A stretch of DNA of 64,000 bases. Origin: an uncultured Clostridia bacterium (GTDB taxonomy: Bacteria > Bacillota > Clostridia > TANB77 > CAG-508). The notes beneath the pieces were generated by a model that had not been told where the DNA came from, ran no database searches, and saw only the letters and a program-made list of their open reading frames with translations. The stretch covers positions 25 to 64,024 of the forward strand of contig CAOMRW010000010.1 in NCBI GenBank assembly GCA_948485625.1, written 5' to 3'. A program made the position numbers and the translations under genes. This document shows positions 18,733 through 28,851 of this stretch, one piece after another; position 1 is the first letter of the stretch; every line of letters starts with the position of its first letter.

Positions 18733-21426
18733 TTAAATATTATCATTTCTTATTGTTTCTATAATATTTTGTTTGTTAATTTTAGACATTGAATATTTCA
18801 TGATAATTCCTATGATAATAGCTACAAATAATATTGAAATCAATATAGGTTTTATAGGTAATACATATCCCATTCCTAAATCTGTTTTAAACATTTTGTA
18901 AATAAAATATGATAATATTGTTCCTATAGGTATTCCAATTATTAGTGATTTTAATCCATATAGTATACTTTCTAATCTAACCATTCTATTAAATTCTTTT
19001 TTTGTCATTCCTATTGATTTTAGCATTGCAAATTCTTTTTTTCTTAAATTCATATTTGTGGTTATTGTATTAAAAATGTTTGTTATTCCTATTAATGTTA
19101 TTACTGAGATAAATCCATATAAGAATATTGAAATTACTAAAGATATTGCATTTTGTTCTTTTACTAGTTCATCAATATTTGATATTATTATATCACTTTC
19201 GCTGATATTTTTACTTTTATAAAATTGTTTTATTTCGTCATCAACTTTAAAAGAATCTTTGGCATTAATTTCTATTTCATTTATAGAAGTATAACCTATT
19301 TTTTCAATATATTCATCACTTACAATTAGATATCCAATATTAGAATATTTTTCTTCCAATCCCATTGGTCTTTTATCTGTTTTTGCTAATATTTTTATAT
19401 TTATGTCTTTTTCTGATATATTATTATCTTGTTCTATTTCTTCATTTTCTGGTTTTACTGCACTTCCTATTGTTCCTGCTATTGTATCATTTTTCTTCCA
19501 AGTGTATATATTTCCTTCTACTTTTTTTCCTTCACTATTATATGTTAATCCATTATCAATTAAAATTGCACCGTCTTTATAATCATTATGTTTTCCACCA
19601 ATTTTGTTTACAAATCTTTCATATTCTTCATTTCCTAAAGACATTATTATTATTCTATCTTTAATTATTTCTCCATTTTCATCTTTTGTGCTAATTACAG
19701 TTTTTCCAAAATCACTTAAGTAGTCTCTGCTATCAACTGACATTGTTATTGTTCTTTTTATTGAATATTCATCTACTCCATCTAATTTGGCAATTTCTAA
19801 AAATCTTTCATATTTATTTTTTAAGGTATCTTCTGTTATTTTATCTCTTGACATTTCATATACCAACAAATTGTATTCTCTTTCTGTATAATAATTATTT
19901 GACATTTTAAATGCGTATTGTATAAAGCTTGATATTGTTATGAATATTACTATACTTACAATTATTGATATTACTGTTGTTCTATATTTTTTCTTGCTTC
20001 TTTTTAAATTTTTGTATGCAATTTCTCCTCCTGTTTTAAATATTTTTGTAATGATTTTTGGTGATTTTACTTTTTTAGCTTTTAATTTAATATCATCTGT
20101 ATTTCTTATTGCTTCTATTGGTGTTATTTTTGAAGCTTTTTTTGCTGAATTTCTACATGATAGCCATATTGTAATTGTTGATATTACTATACTTATTATT
20201 ATAGCAAACCATGAAATACTGTATGTTAAAATTATATTGTCTATATAGTCTTTTAATATATAATTTACTACCTTTAGCAAAATATCTATTGCGAATATTC
20301 CACTTATAATTCCTAAAGGAATTCCTATACATCCTAAAATAATTCCCTCAAAATATACACTTTTCTTAATTTGTTTTTTAGTTGTTCCTATGCTTGCTAA
20401 CATTCCATATTGTTTTAGTCTTTCTGTTATTGAAATTGCAAATCCATTTCTAATTACAAATACACTAGACACTAGAACTATTGCCATTATAACTCCACCT
20501 ACGCCATATAATGTATTCATCATATCATCACTTAAATTTGCACCTTCAAATGCTAATAATTCAAAATTTAATACTACTTCATATTTATAACTTTTATATA
20601 ATGCATTTCTTAATCCTCTAAATTCTTTTGCATTTTCTTTTTCATCACTAGTTTCCGCTTTTACCATTTGATTTATCTGTTCTGTATATTCTTGATATTT
20701 AGATACTTTTTTATATAAAACTGCTATATTTGCTTTTTCCTCTACCTTTTCCATTTTTGTTATAACTGTGTATCCTGGTGCACTATATTCTTCTATGCTC
20801 ATTGATGGTCTTTCTATTATACCAACAATTTTATATTCTCTTTTAGTTGTATTTATAATTTCTTCTTGAAGAATTCTTCCTTCTTCATCTTTTTCTCCAG
20901 TTAATAATGGATTATTTTGATTTAGTTTTTCTCCACTTGTAAGTTGTCTTTGTCCTATATCTAGTGTAATTGTATCTCCTATTTTATATTGTACTTTTCC
21001 ATTTGTTATAATATGTTTTGAAATAACTATTTCATTTTCATTTTCTGGTAATCTTCCTTCATCTAAATGTATTGCCATATTTCTTAAATATCCATCACTC
21101 ATTGATATTACATTTACATATGGTTTACTTTCATTTTTGCTATTTTCTAAATTTGCATATCCTAACTCTTCTGATAAATAATATTTTTCTACATTTCTAT
21201 TTTCTTCTACATATTTTAATTCACTTTTTGGTACTTCATAAAATATAGCATGAAAATTTCCACTATTTTCTTTATAATAATTTACAATTGAATGTTGAAA
21301 ACTTGTTACAATTCCTGCAACTCCACATATTAAAGCTGTTGAAAGAATAATACCTATAATTATAACTAATGAACGCTTTTTATTTAATTTTAAATCTTTA
21401 ATGCTTAAATCATTTAATATTTTCAT
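18733..21426 (-). CDS. ABC transporter permease, FtsX/MacB-like, with duplicated FtsX domains and large extracytoplasmic domains
   Basis: 897 aa. Two blocks of 3-4 TM helices with FtsX-type sequence (…QYGMLASIGTTKKQIKKSV…; …EFAMLKSIGMTKKEFNRMV…). Translationally adjacent to an ABC ATPase. Confidence 0.8.
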   Translation of the reverse strand: MKILNDLSIKDLKLNKKRSLVIIIGIILSTALICGVAGIVTSFQHSIVNYYKENSGNFHAIFYEVPKSELKYVEENRNVEKYYLSEELGYANLENSKNESKPYVNVISMSDGYLRNMAIHLDEGRLPENENEIVISKHIITNGKVQYKIGDTITLDIGQRQLTSGEKLNQNNPLLTGEKDEEGRILQEEIINTTKREYKIVGIIERPSMSIEEYSAPGYTVITKMEKVEEKANIAVLYKKVSKYQEYTEQINQMVKAETSDEKENAKEFRGLRNALYKSYKYEVVLNFELLAFEGANLSDDMMNTLYGVGGVIMAIVLVSSVFVIRNGFAISITERLKQYGMLASIGTTKKQIKKSVYFEGIILGCIGIPLGIISGIFAIDILLKVVNYILKDYIDNIILTYSISWFAIIISIVISTITIWLSCRNSAKKASKITPIEAIRNTDDIKLKAKKVKSPKIITKIFKTGGEIAYKNLKRSKKKYRTTVISIIVSIVIFITISSFIQYAFKMSNNYYTEREYNLLVYEMSRDKITEDTLKNKYERFLEIAKLDGVDEYSIKRTITMSVDSRDYLSDFGKTVISTKDENGEIIKDRIIIMSLGNEEYERFVNKIGGKHNDYKDGAILIDNGLTYNSEGKKVEGNIYTWKKNDTIAGTIGSAVKPENEEIEQDNNISEKDINIKILAKTDKRPMGLEEKYSNIGYLIVSDEYIEKIGYTSINEIEINAKDSFKVDDEIKQFYKSKNISESDIIISNIDELVKEQNAISLVISIFLYGFISVITLIGITNIFNTITTNMNLRKKEFAMLKSIGMTKKEFNRMVRLESILYGLKSLIIGIPIGTILSYFIYKMFKTDLGMGYVLPIKPILISILFVAIIIGIIMKYSMSKINKQNIIETIRNDNI

Positions 21427-21471
21427 CTTTTCCTCCTTGTTGGGATTGAGGGATGTTCCTTAAATCCCTAC

Positions 21472-22152
21472 TTATTTATTTTTTTCATCTTTTATGATTT
21501 TTCCATCATCAATTGTGATAATTCTATCTGCTTCTAATGCGATTTTTTCATCATGTGTAATTATTATAACTGTTTGATTGTATTTTTTATTTGAAAGTTT
21601 TAATAATGATACTATTTCTTCACTTGCTTTAGAGTCTAAGTTTCCTGTTGGTTCGTCTGCAAGCATTATTGCTGGTTCATTCATCATTGCTCTACCTATT
21701 GAGACTCTTTGTTGTTGTCCTCCTGATAGTTGGTTTGGTAAGTTGTTTTTTCTATTTTCTAGTCCTAATGTGTGTAATAGGTCTGATAGTCTTTTGTCAT
21801 TTATTTGTTTTCCATCTAAATTACATGGTAATGTTATATTTTCTACTACATTTAAAACTGGTATTAAATTGTAGAATTGATATATTAGTCCTACTTGTCT
21901 TCTTCTGAATATTGCTAAATTGTCATCACTTAGTGAGTATATATCTTTTCCTTCTATGTATACTTTTCCTGATGTTGGTCTATCAACTCCTCCTAATAAA
22001 TGTAACAGTGTTGATTTTCCACTACCACTTGCTCCTATTATTGCTACAAATTCTCCTTTTTCTATTGAAAATGATATATTGTCTACTGCTTTTACTTGGT
22101 TCTCTCCTTTTCCATATGTTTTACATAGATTCTCTACTTTTAATATTTCCAT
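21472..22152 (-). CDS. ABC transporter ATP-binding protein (MacB/LolD-type)
   Basis: Walker A GASGSGKSTLL, Q-loop, signature LSGGQQQRV, Walker B MLADEPTGNLD, H-loop ITHD. Confidence 0.9.
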   Translation of the reverse strand: MEILKVENLCKTYGKGENQVKAVDNISFSIEKGEFVAIIGASGSGKSTLLHLLGGVDRPTSGKVYIEGKDIYSLSDDNLAIFRRRQVGLIYQFYNLIPVLNVVENITLPCNLDGKQINDKRLSDLLHTLGLENRKNNLPNQLSGGQQQRVSIGRAMMNEPAIMLADEPTGNLDSKASEEIVSLLKLSNKKYNQTVIIITHDEKIALEADRIITIDDGKIIKDEKNK

Positions 22153-22176
22153 TATATTTTTTCTCCTTCCTTTTGT

Positions 22177-22241
22177 GTCCAGTTACAACATAAGATATCT
22201 GTAATTTGCTATTACTCAAACAGCTATTCTAATTTGGGACA
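22177..22241. repeat. 65-nt repeat (family 3) bounded by GTCCA...TGGGACA, in the 5' leader of the ABC ATPase gene
   Basis: 58/65 nt identical to 63551-63615, in the same orientation relative to the downstream minus-strand gene. Confidence 0.85.
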
Positions 22242-22403
22242 CATCTTGTTTTTATATTCTTATTATAATTTTATAAAGTGACTTTTGAGTGACTTTTTCT
22301 ATTTAAATTTTGTCATTTTAATTTTAAAAATTTATGAAAACTATTGCTTAAATATTTTTATTAATATAAAATAAATGCATAATAATTTTAGGAGGATTTT
22401 AAT

Positions 22404-23525
22404 ATGACTCAAAATAGATTTAATCAATTGCCAAGGTATGAAAAAGTTTTTAGTAGATTAGATCAAATTTTAAATCAATATATAAAATTATCTACTGATA
22501 GAAGTATACTTAAATTTAATTCTTCTCAAAAAAGTCAAAATGAAGATGGATTTAGTAATAGTTTAGTTGAAGATGATTTTAATGCTTTTGAATTAGTAAA
22601 TGAAATAAGGTCTTCTTATCTTGGTAGAGATTATTTGGAGGGTGAAATTGGTTTGGTTGATGGCCAAGACCAATATGATGGTATATTTAATACTACTTTA
22701 TATATGCTTATGTCAAATAGATTAGGTAAATTATATAAAGGTGCTCTTAATAAAACTTCTAATCATGATAAAGATATAAAGAATAGTTATAAAACTTTGA
22801 TGAATTCCAAAAATGATGCAATTGTTAAATTAATTTATAGCTTATTTATTTATAAAGAAACTGAAACTGATAATGATTTTTATTATGGTCATTCTATAGA
22901 TAATAATGGAAAAGATAGACTTATTATTGATTTACCTGTATATGGTCAAATTAGTGTACACTTTGGTTCTAAAGAAAATTTGGAAAATATAAAGTATATA
23001 GCTAAACAAAATATAGACTTAATTTTAAAAAGAAAATTAGAGTTAGGTCAAATAACTGAAGAACAATTTAATGAAATTAAAAGCAAAGCAGATAGTGAAG
23101 GTATATTCCCTAAATATACTGGTAAATTGTATGAATATAGTTCAGCAATTCCTCTCGATTATTGTGGTGAAAAATTTAAAATGGCTCAAAAAGATTTAAA
23201 ATTGTCTGGAAAAATGGTAAGTGATATAAGTGATGATGATATTGAAAGAATAAGTGCAAATAATAAATATAATAGTAGAGAATTATATTATTTTGCTATA
23301 AAAAGTGACTTTTCAAAACAACAGTTAGAAAAATTATCTAGTCTATTACAAAAAAGAGATAAGAAAATTTTGCAAACGTCTAAAAAGAAAAATCATTCTC
23401 AACTCGACCCAAAAAGAATTGGAAGAAAAGCTGTTAGCTTAACATCTGCAGAAGAAAGGCAAATTGTTGACAATCATGAGGTAATGTCTGACTCTATTAC
23501 CCCAAATCATTCTAAGGAGAAATAA
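22404..23525 (+). CDS. Hypothetical protein (373 aa), no recognisable domain
   Basis: ORF with a strong RBS (taggaggattttaatATG). First gene of a plus-strand trio. Confidence 0.6.
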   Translation: MTQNRFNQLPRYEKVFSRLDQILNQYIKLSTDRSILKFNSSQKSQNEDGFSNSLVEDDFNAFELVNEIRSSYLGRDYLEGEIGLVDGQDQYDGIFNTTLYMLMSNRLGKLYKGALNKTSNHDKDIKNSYKTLMNSKNDAIVKLIYSLFIYKETETDNDFYYGHSIDNNGKDRLIIDLPVYGQISVHFGSKENLENIKYIAKQNIDLILKRKLELGQITEEQFNEIKSKADSEGIFPKYTGKLYEYSSAIPLDYCGEKFKMAQKDLKLSGKMVSDISDDDIERISANNKYNSRELYYFAIKSDFSKQQLEKLSSLLQKRDKKILQTSKKKNHSQLDPKRIGRKAVSLTSAEERQIVDNHEVMSDSITPNHSKEK

Positions 23526-23527
23526 TT

Positions 23528-23995
23528 ATGGTAAATATATACACAAATGAGGAATATTCTAAATCATATACAGAATTAATTGAAATATTAAAATACTTCT
23601 CAAAATCTGATTTAATGAAGATACCAAAAAATGTATTAACAAGATATATTAGAGATAAAGATAATAGTTATAATTTTTCTTATAATCCTGATTTAGATAT
23701 AGATGAACAAAGTGTTTCAAAATTAACTCAAATATTACTTGCAAATTTATATATTAAATATTTTGCAGATGAAAATGAACAAGAATATATAAAAAACAAG
23801 GATAAAGAAGAATTATCTTTAATAGAAAAACAGAAGCAAGAAGAATATAATATTGAAACTATATTTAATAAGAGAAAAGAAAAATTTACAAATACAAACA
23901 ACTCTGGAATAACAAGCCTAACAGTTGTTCCAGATAAAGAAAATTTATTAAAAAGAGTTTTTTACAAAATTAAACAGTTATTTCATTTGACATAA
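23528..23995 (+). CDS. Hypothetical protein (155 aa)
   Basis: ORF whose ATG lies 2 nt after the upstream stop (aggagaaataattATG). Translationally coupled arrangement. Confidence 0.55.
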   Translation: MVNIYTNEEYSKSYTELIEILKYFSKSDLMKIPKNVLTRYIRDKDNSYNFSYNPDLDIDEQSVSKLTQILLANLYIKYFADENEQEYIKNKDKEELSLIEKQKQEEYNIETIFNKRKEKFTNTNNSGITSLTVVPDKENLLKRVFYKIKQLFHLT

Positions 23996-24063
23996 AGTTG
24001 TTTTTATGTTATACTATTGTTTGCAATGTAAAAAATTACACTTAGAAGAAAGGAGATCAATCT

Positions 24064-24273
24064 ATGAACTACTTTTTAGAAATTACAAAAAAGATTGAGG
24101 AATTTTGTAATACTTCTCCAGTTCCTGATTCAGTAAGTGAATATCTTGAAAGTGCTATAAGAGTGCATGATTTGCGCTTAGAAGCAATTTGTCTTGCTGA
24201 TGAAGGTATTGAAAATAATGACGAAAGGATAATTAACATCTATGAAGAAATTTCAAAAATCTTGGAAGGATAA
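24064..24273 (+). CDS. Hypothetical small acidic protein (69 aa)
   Basis: ORF with RBS aaaggagatcaatctATG, followed by a bidirectional terminator. Confidence 0.5.
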   Translation: MNYFLEITKKIEEFCNTSPVPDSVSEYLESAIRVHDLRLEAICLADEGIENNDERIINIYEEISKILEG

Positions 24274-24289
24274 TCGGTCTCAAAATCAA

Positions 24290-24333
24290 AAAGCATATAT
24301 TTCCTATGTAATTATATGGGATATATATGCTTT
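24290..24333. terminator. Bidirectional terminator between the convergent genes 24064..24273 (+) and 24340..25578 (-)
   Basis: Stem aaagcatatat/atatatgcttt with T-runs on both sides. Confidence 0.6.
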
Positions 24334-24339
24334 AATTTT

Positions 24340-25578
24340 TTAATTTTTCATATATTTAATAACAAATTCTGTACCATTTCCTATTTCAGACTTACAAGTT
24401 ATCATGCCATTGTCTTTTTCAATTATACTTTTTGCAAGTGCAAGTCCTATTCCAACACTATTTTCAGATGAATTTTTTCCTTTATAAAATCTTTCAAAAA
24501 TATGTCTTAAATCTTCTTTTGAAATTCCTTCTCCCTCATCTCTTATAGATATTTTTGTATATAAATTATTTTCTTCATGATTTATAAAAATATTTCCATT
24601 ATCTTTATTATGTTCAATACAATTCTTTATTATATTTGTAATTGCTTCTTGTTGCCATTTATAATCTCCAATAAAAAAGTTTTCTCTAGTTCCATTAATA
24701 ATTATGTTTTGATTTCTTATTTCTATAGGGATTTCCAAATTTTTTATTATGTCTGACATAAGTTGATTTATATTAATTTTATCAGAATTAAATTCTACTA
24801 CATTTGCATCTAATTTTGATAATTTAAGCATTGATATAACAAGCCAATTTATCCATTCAATTTGTTTGCTAATTTCAAATATAAATTTTTGTTTTATTTT
24901 TTCATCCATATTTGGATTTTCTTTTATATTATCTAACATTATGGATATTGATGTTAGTGGTGTTTTTAATTGGTGTGATATGTCTTGTACTGATATTTTT
25001 AAATTCTCTTTATCTTTTTTTGAATTTTCACTTTCTTCTTTTAGCATAATTGTTATTTTATATAATTCATTTTTCAAATTACTTAGTTCATCTTCACTAT
25101 TGTCATCTATATCTAATTGATAATTTTTATTACTTATTTCATACATATATTTTGTTATTTCTTTTAATTTTTTATCTCTTCTATTTAAATATATAAATAT
25201 ACCAATAAGCCACAAAATACCAAATATTGTAAATATAATTATATTTGTAATTATATTTATTTCCATTTGATTTTGAACTGATATAATACTATTTATTTCA
25301 TTTATATTAATACCATATTTTAAAAGTTCTTGTTTTCCATATTCAAATTCTGAACTAATTTCATCTGAATTTAAAATTTGTACTATTTCTCTTGTATCAA
25401 TATTAGGATATCTTTCATTAATTTTTCCAATAATATTTGCAATTACATTATTTGTAATATTAGAGAATCTCTTATATTGTTTACTTGTTTCAAAACATAA
25501 AATCAAGCTCATAAAAATTGTTATAATTATCATTGGTATTATTAAAAACTTTAATTCTGCATTTCTAAATTTATTCAT
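24340..25578 (-). CDS. Sensor histidine kinase (2 TM, HisKA + HATPase_c)
   Basis: H-box ISHQLKTPLTSISIML. N-box NIIKNCIEHN. G-boxes RDEGEGI and GIGLALAKSI. Confidence 0.85.
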   Translation of the reverse strand: MNKFRNAELKFLIIPMIIITIFMSLILCFETSKQYKRFSNITNNVIANIIGKINERYPNIDTREIVQILNSDEISSEFEYGKQELLKYGININEINSIISVQNQMEINIITNIIIFTIFGILWLIGIFIYLNRRDKKLKEITKYMYEISNKNYQLDIDDNSEDELSNLKNELYKITIMLKEESENSKKDKENLKISVQDISHQLKTPLTSISIMLDNIKENPNMDEKIKQKFIFEISKQIEWINWLVISMLKLSKLDANVVEFNSDKININQLMSDIIKNLEIPIEIRNQNIIINGTRENFFIGDYKWQQEAITNIIKNCIEHNKDNGNIFINHEENNLYTKISIRDEGEGISKEDLRHIFERFYKGKNSSENSVGIGLALAKSIIEKDNGMITCKSEIGNGTEFVIKYMKN

Positions 25579-25602
25579 TTATTAGTATTCCTTTCTTCGC
25601 TC

Positions 25603-26271
25603 TTAACTTTCTATTCTATATCCAAGTCCTCTAACAGTTTTTATAATACTTTCATCACCTAATTTTTCTCTTATTCTTTTTATATAAACAGTGAGTGTAT
25701 TATCATTTACAAAATTTCCTGCAATATCCCATATTTTATCTAATAATTGGTCTCTTGTTATTAATTTATTTTGATTTGAAAATAGCATTAATAATATTTT
25801 ATATTCTAAACTTGTAAATATTATTTCTTTATTGTCTTTATATACTTTAGCCATATTTATATCTATTTTTATATTTTTGTATTGAATTATATTAGATTTT
25901 TCTATACTTTTTCCATATCTTCTTAAGACTGAATTTATTCTTGATATTAATTCTCTTGTCCTAAATGGTTTTACTATGTAATCATCTGCTCCTAAATCTA
26001 ATCCAATAACTATACTTGTTTCTTCTTCTTGTGCTGTTAAAAATATTACTGGTATATCTAATTTTTCTTTAATAAATTTACATATATCAAACCCATTTCC
26101 ATCTGGTAATGTAACATCTAATAATACTAAATCAAGTTTTTCTTTTGATATTATTTCTTCTGTTTCTTTTTTAGTTTTGCTTGATATTATTTGAAAGTTT
26201 TCTTGTTCTAATGAGTATTTTAATCCCATTATTATTGTTTCATTATCTTCTACTAATAATATTTTTTTCAT
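25603..26271 (-). CDS. OmpR-family response regulator
   Basis: Receiver domain (ILLVEDN…LDLVLLDVTLPDGNG…). Winged-helix C-terminus (…LTVYIKRIREKLG…IKTVRGLGYRI). Confidence 0.9.
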   Translation of the reverse strand: MKKILLVEDNETIIMGLKYSLEQENFQIISSKTKKETEEIISKEKLDLVLLDVTLPDGNGFDICKFIKEKLDIPVIFLTAQEEETSIVIGLDLGADDYIVKPFRTRELISRINSVLRRYGKSIEKSNIIQYKNIKIDINMAKVYKDNKEIIFTSLEYKILLMLFSNQNKLITRDQLLDKIWDIAGNFVNDNTLTVYIKRIREKLGDESIIKTVRGLGYRIES

Positions 26272-26544
26272 AATTTATCACCCTACTTTATTGTTAAATA
26301 ATTTATATAATCATTTATTGAACTACTTATTTTATAAATTTTATTTTTATATTTTATTTTCTTAACACTTTTTGTAAAAAATCCTTGTTTTAATATTTCT
26401 ACTGATTCTATTCTTTTTAGAATCACATCTATTCCTGATGTATAATATTTTCTCCCTACTATATTTTACTATAACATATAGTAGAAAAAAATAAAAGTAT
26501 CTTTTTATTTCAAGAATACTTTTATTAATTGTAAAAATCTGTGT

Positions 26545-28578
26545 CTAATTGGACATTATTGTTTTTATTTTTTTAATTAAATAATGACTTCCGCCATCTC
26601 TATTATCTTGTATATTTTCTACCATACTTATAATTAATAAATCATTTCCATTACTATTGTTTATAGTAAAGCAATCAAACCATCCTAGTGTTCCACTTTC
26701 TTTGTCATCCATTGAGTTTTTTAATTCTGCTGTTCCTGTTTTTCCTGCTATAGTAATTCCAGTTATTTTCATGTCATTTGCTGTTCCTGATGGGCTTTCT
26801 ACTACTTGTATCATTGCATTTTTTACTGCATTTGCCGCTTCTGATGTAAATACATTTTGTTTTAGATATTCTACATTTTTATTTTCTTTATATTCTATAT
26901 ATGGCTTTATCATATTTCCATTATTTGCAAATGCTGAATATATTGATGCCATATGTATTGGATTTACTAATATGTCTCCTTGTCCATATCCTGAATCTGC
27001 TAGTTTCTTTTCTGTCGTGATTCCTTTTTCTGAGCTTGTATATTGTGATTTTCTAAGTGTTAATGGAAATTCTAGTTGTTCATTAAATCCTATTTTGTCT
27101 AAGTTTTCACAAAATGTTTCTTTTCCAATTTGCATTGCTGCTTGTGCAAAATATATATTGTCAGAATGTATTATAGCATTTTGAACATTTTTAGGTCCAT
27201 TATATGCTGTTAATGTTGTAATATAATCACTTTTCCAGCTTTTATCTTTTTGCCAGCTTAATCCTGAATATGAAAATGTTGTATTTTCTGTTATTTTACC
27301 AGTTGTTAATCCAATTGCTGCTGTTATAGTTTTAAATGTTGAGCCTGGACAATAGCTTTGTGTAAATCTATTGTATAATGGTTTGTTATTATCATTATTA
27401 AGTGTTTCCCATTGTGAATTTGTAAGTCCTAATACAAAGTCATTTGAGTTATATGATGGTGTACTTACTGTTGCTAATAATTCTCCTGTTTTTGGTTCCA
27501 TTACAACAAATAGTCCTTTATCTTCTTTCATTTGCTCATATAATTGTTTTTGTATTTTACTATCTATTGTTAATTTTATATCTGTCCCATCTTTTTTATC
27601 TTGTTTTACTAATTGTTTTAATCTATTTCCATTTTCATCTTCTATATAAATTTCTGTTCCATTAATTCCTCTTAATGTATCCTCATATGCTAACTCTAAT
27701 CCTGATTTTCCTATTATACTATTTGAACCATATCCTTTTCCTGATTTTTCTTTTAGTTCTTCTGCATTTATTGGTTGAACATATCCTATCAGATGTGCTG
27801 CTTCTTCTCCTAGTGGATATACTCTTGCTTTTGTGCTATTTATCATTATTCCTGGAATTTGTAGTAATTTTTCTTTTAATTCTGTATTAGTTGCTGATAT
27901 TTTTTTTATTGGTACAAATGTATCTTCTTTTGCCCATGAAGCTGAAAGTTGTGAATTAATGTAATCTGTTGATATACCTGTTAATTCTGATATTTTTGAT
28001 ATATTTTCTTCTTTGTTTTCTCCTAATTTTCCAGGTACTATTCCTACATTTGATATAATTCCATTTGTTGCAAGTTGTTCTCCATTTCTGTCTAATATTT
28101 CTCCTCTTTTAGCTTCTATTGTTGATATTCTAACTTTATCTGTATTTCTTAATTCTGGAAATATCATACTTGATGACCAATTTATTTTGTATTCTTTGTT
28201 TTCTTTTTGTAATTTTGCAGTATTTGAAAAGCTTATATCTCCTGCTGATGTTGACATTTTTTCATTGTATGTTATTTTGATTATTCCTTTTTCTTTTTCT
28301 ATATTTGTAATTTCTATATTTATATTTACCGCATCTATTCCTTCGTAAATATTTTTGTTTCTTTTTATAAAGTCTTCTTGTTTAATTTCTTCTTTACTTT
28401 TTTCTGATATTAGATTGTACATTTCTTCATATTTTTGCTCATTTATTAGTGATATATATGTTTGGAATATATCTTCTGGTTTTTCGCTTTTTTTATTTAT
28501 TATAATAATTGTCGCAATTATTCCTATTAATATTACGATTGCTAATAATATTCCTATTACTATTTTCTTATCTTTCAT
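26545..28578 (-). CDS. Class B penicillin-binding protein with MecA_N-like (NTF2-like) N-terminal domain (PBP2a-like transpeptidase)
   Basis: N-terminal TM. MecA_N-like segment: FQTYISLINEQKYEEMYNLISEKSKEEIKQEDFIKRNKNIYEGI. Transpeptidase motifs STFK (PGSTFKTITAAIGL), SDN (HSDNIYFAQ) and KTGT (AGKTGTAE). Confidence 0.85.
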   Translation of the reverse strand: MKDKKIVIGILLAIVILIGIIATIIIINKKSEKPEDIFQTYISLINEQKYEEMYNLISEKSKEEIKQEDFIKRNKNIYEGIDAVNINIEITNIEKEKGIIKITYNEKMSTSAGDISFSNTAKLQKENKEYKINWSSSMIFPELRNTDKVRISTIEAKRGEILDRNGEQLATNGIISNVGIVPGKLGENKEENISKISELTGISTDYINSQLSASWAKEDTFVPIKKISATNTELKEKLLQIPGIMINSTKARVYPLGEEAAHLIGYVQPINAEELKEKSGKGYGSNSIIGKSGLELAYEDTLRGINGTEIYIEDENGNRLKQLVKQDKKDGTDIKLTIDSKIQKQLYEQMKEDKGLFVVMEPKTGELLATVSTPSYNSNDFVLGLTNSQWETLNNDNNKPLYNRFTQSYCPGSTFKTITAAIGLTTGKITENTTFSYSGLSWQKDKSWKSDYITTLTAYNGPKNVQNAIIHSDNIYFAQAAMQIGKETFCENLDKIGFNEQLEFPLTLRKSQYTSSEKGITTEKKLADSGYGQGDILVNPIHMASIYSAFANNGNMIKPYIEYKENKNVEYLKQNVFTSEAANAVKNAMIQVVESPSGTANDMKITGITIAGKTGTAELKNSMDDKESGTLGWFDCFTINNSNGNDLLIISMVENIQDNRDGGSHYLIKKIKTIMSN

Positions 28579-28633
28579 TTAAAACATCTCCATTCTTTAT
28601 CTAATGAAAGTTTATCATTTACTTTAGTGATTG

Positions 28634-28837
28634 TCAATTTTTATATTCTAGTATATCTCCTGGTGTACATTCTAAAATCTCGCAGATCTTATCTAATGTC
28701 GAAAATCTAATTGCTTTACCTTTATTGGTTTTTAAAATAGAAAGATTTGCTGTTGTTATTCCTATCTTTTGTGCTAATTCGTTTGATGATATTTTTCTTT
28801 TAGCCATCATTACATCTAAGTTTACTATTATAGACAT
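28634..28837 (-). CDS. XRE/Cro-type HTH transcriptional regulator (YozG-like)
   Basis: 67 aa. SSNELAQKIGITTANLSILKTNKGKAIRFSTLDKICEILECTPGDIL is a typical YozG-family sequence. Confidence 0.85.
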   Translation of the reverse strand: MSIIVNLDVMMAKRKISSNELAQKIGITTANLSILKTNKGKAIRFSTLDKICEILECTPGDILEYKN

Positions 28838-28851
28838 TTTTTCATATCCTC

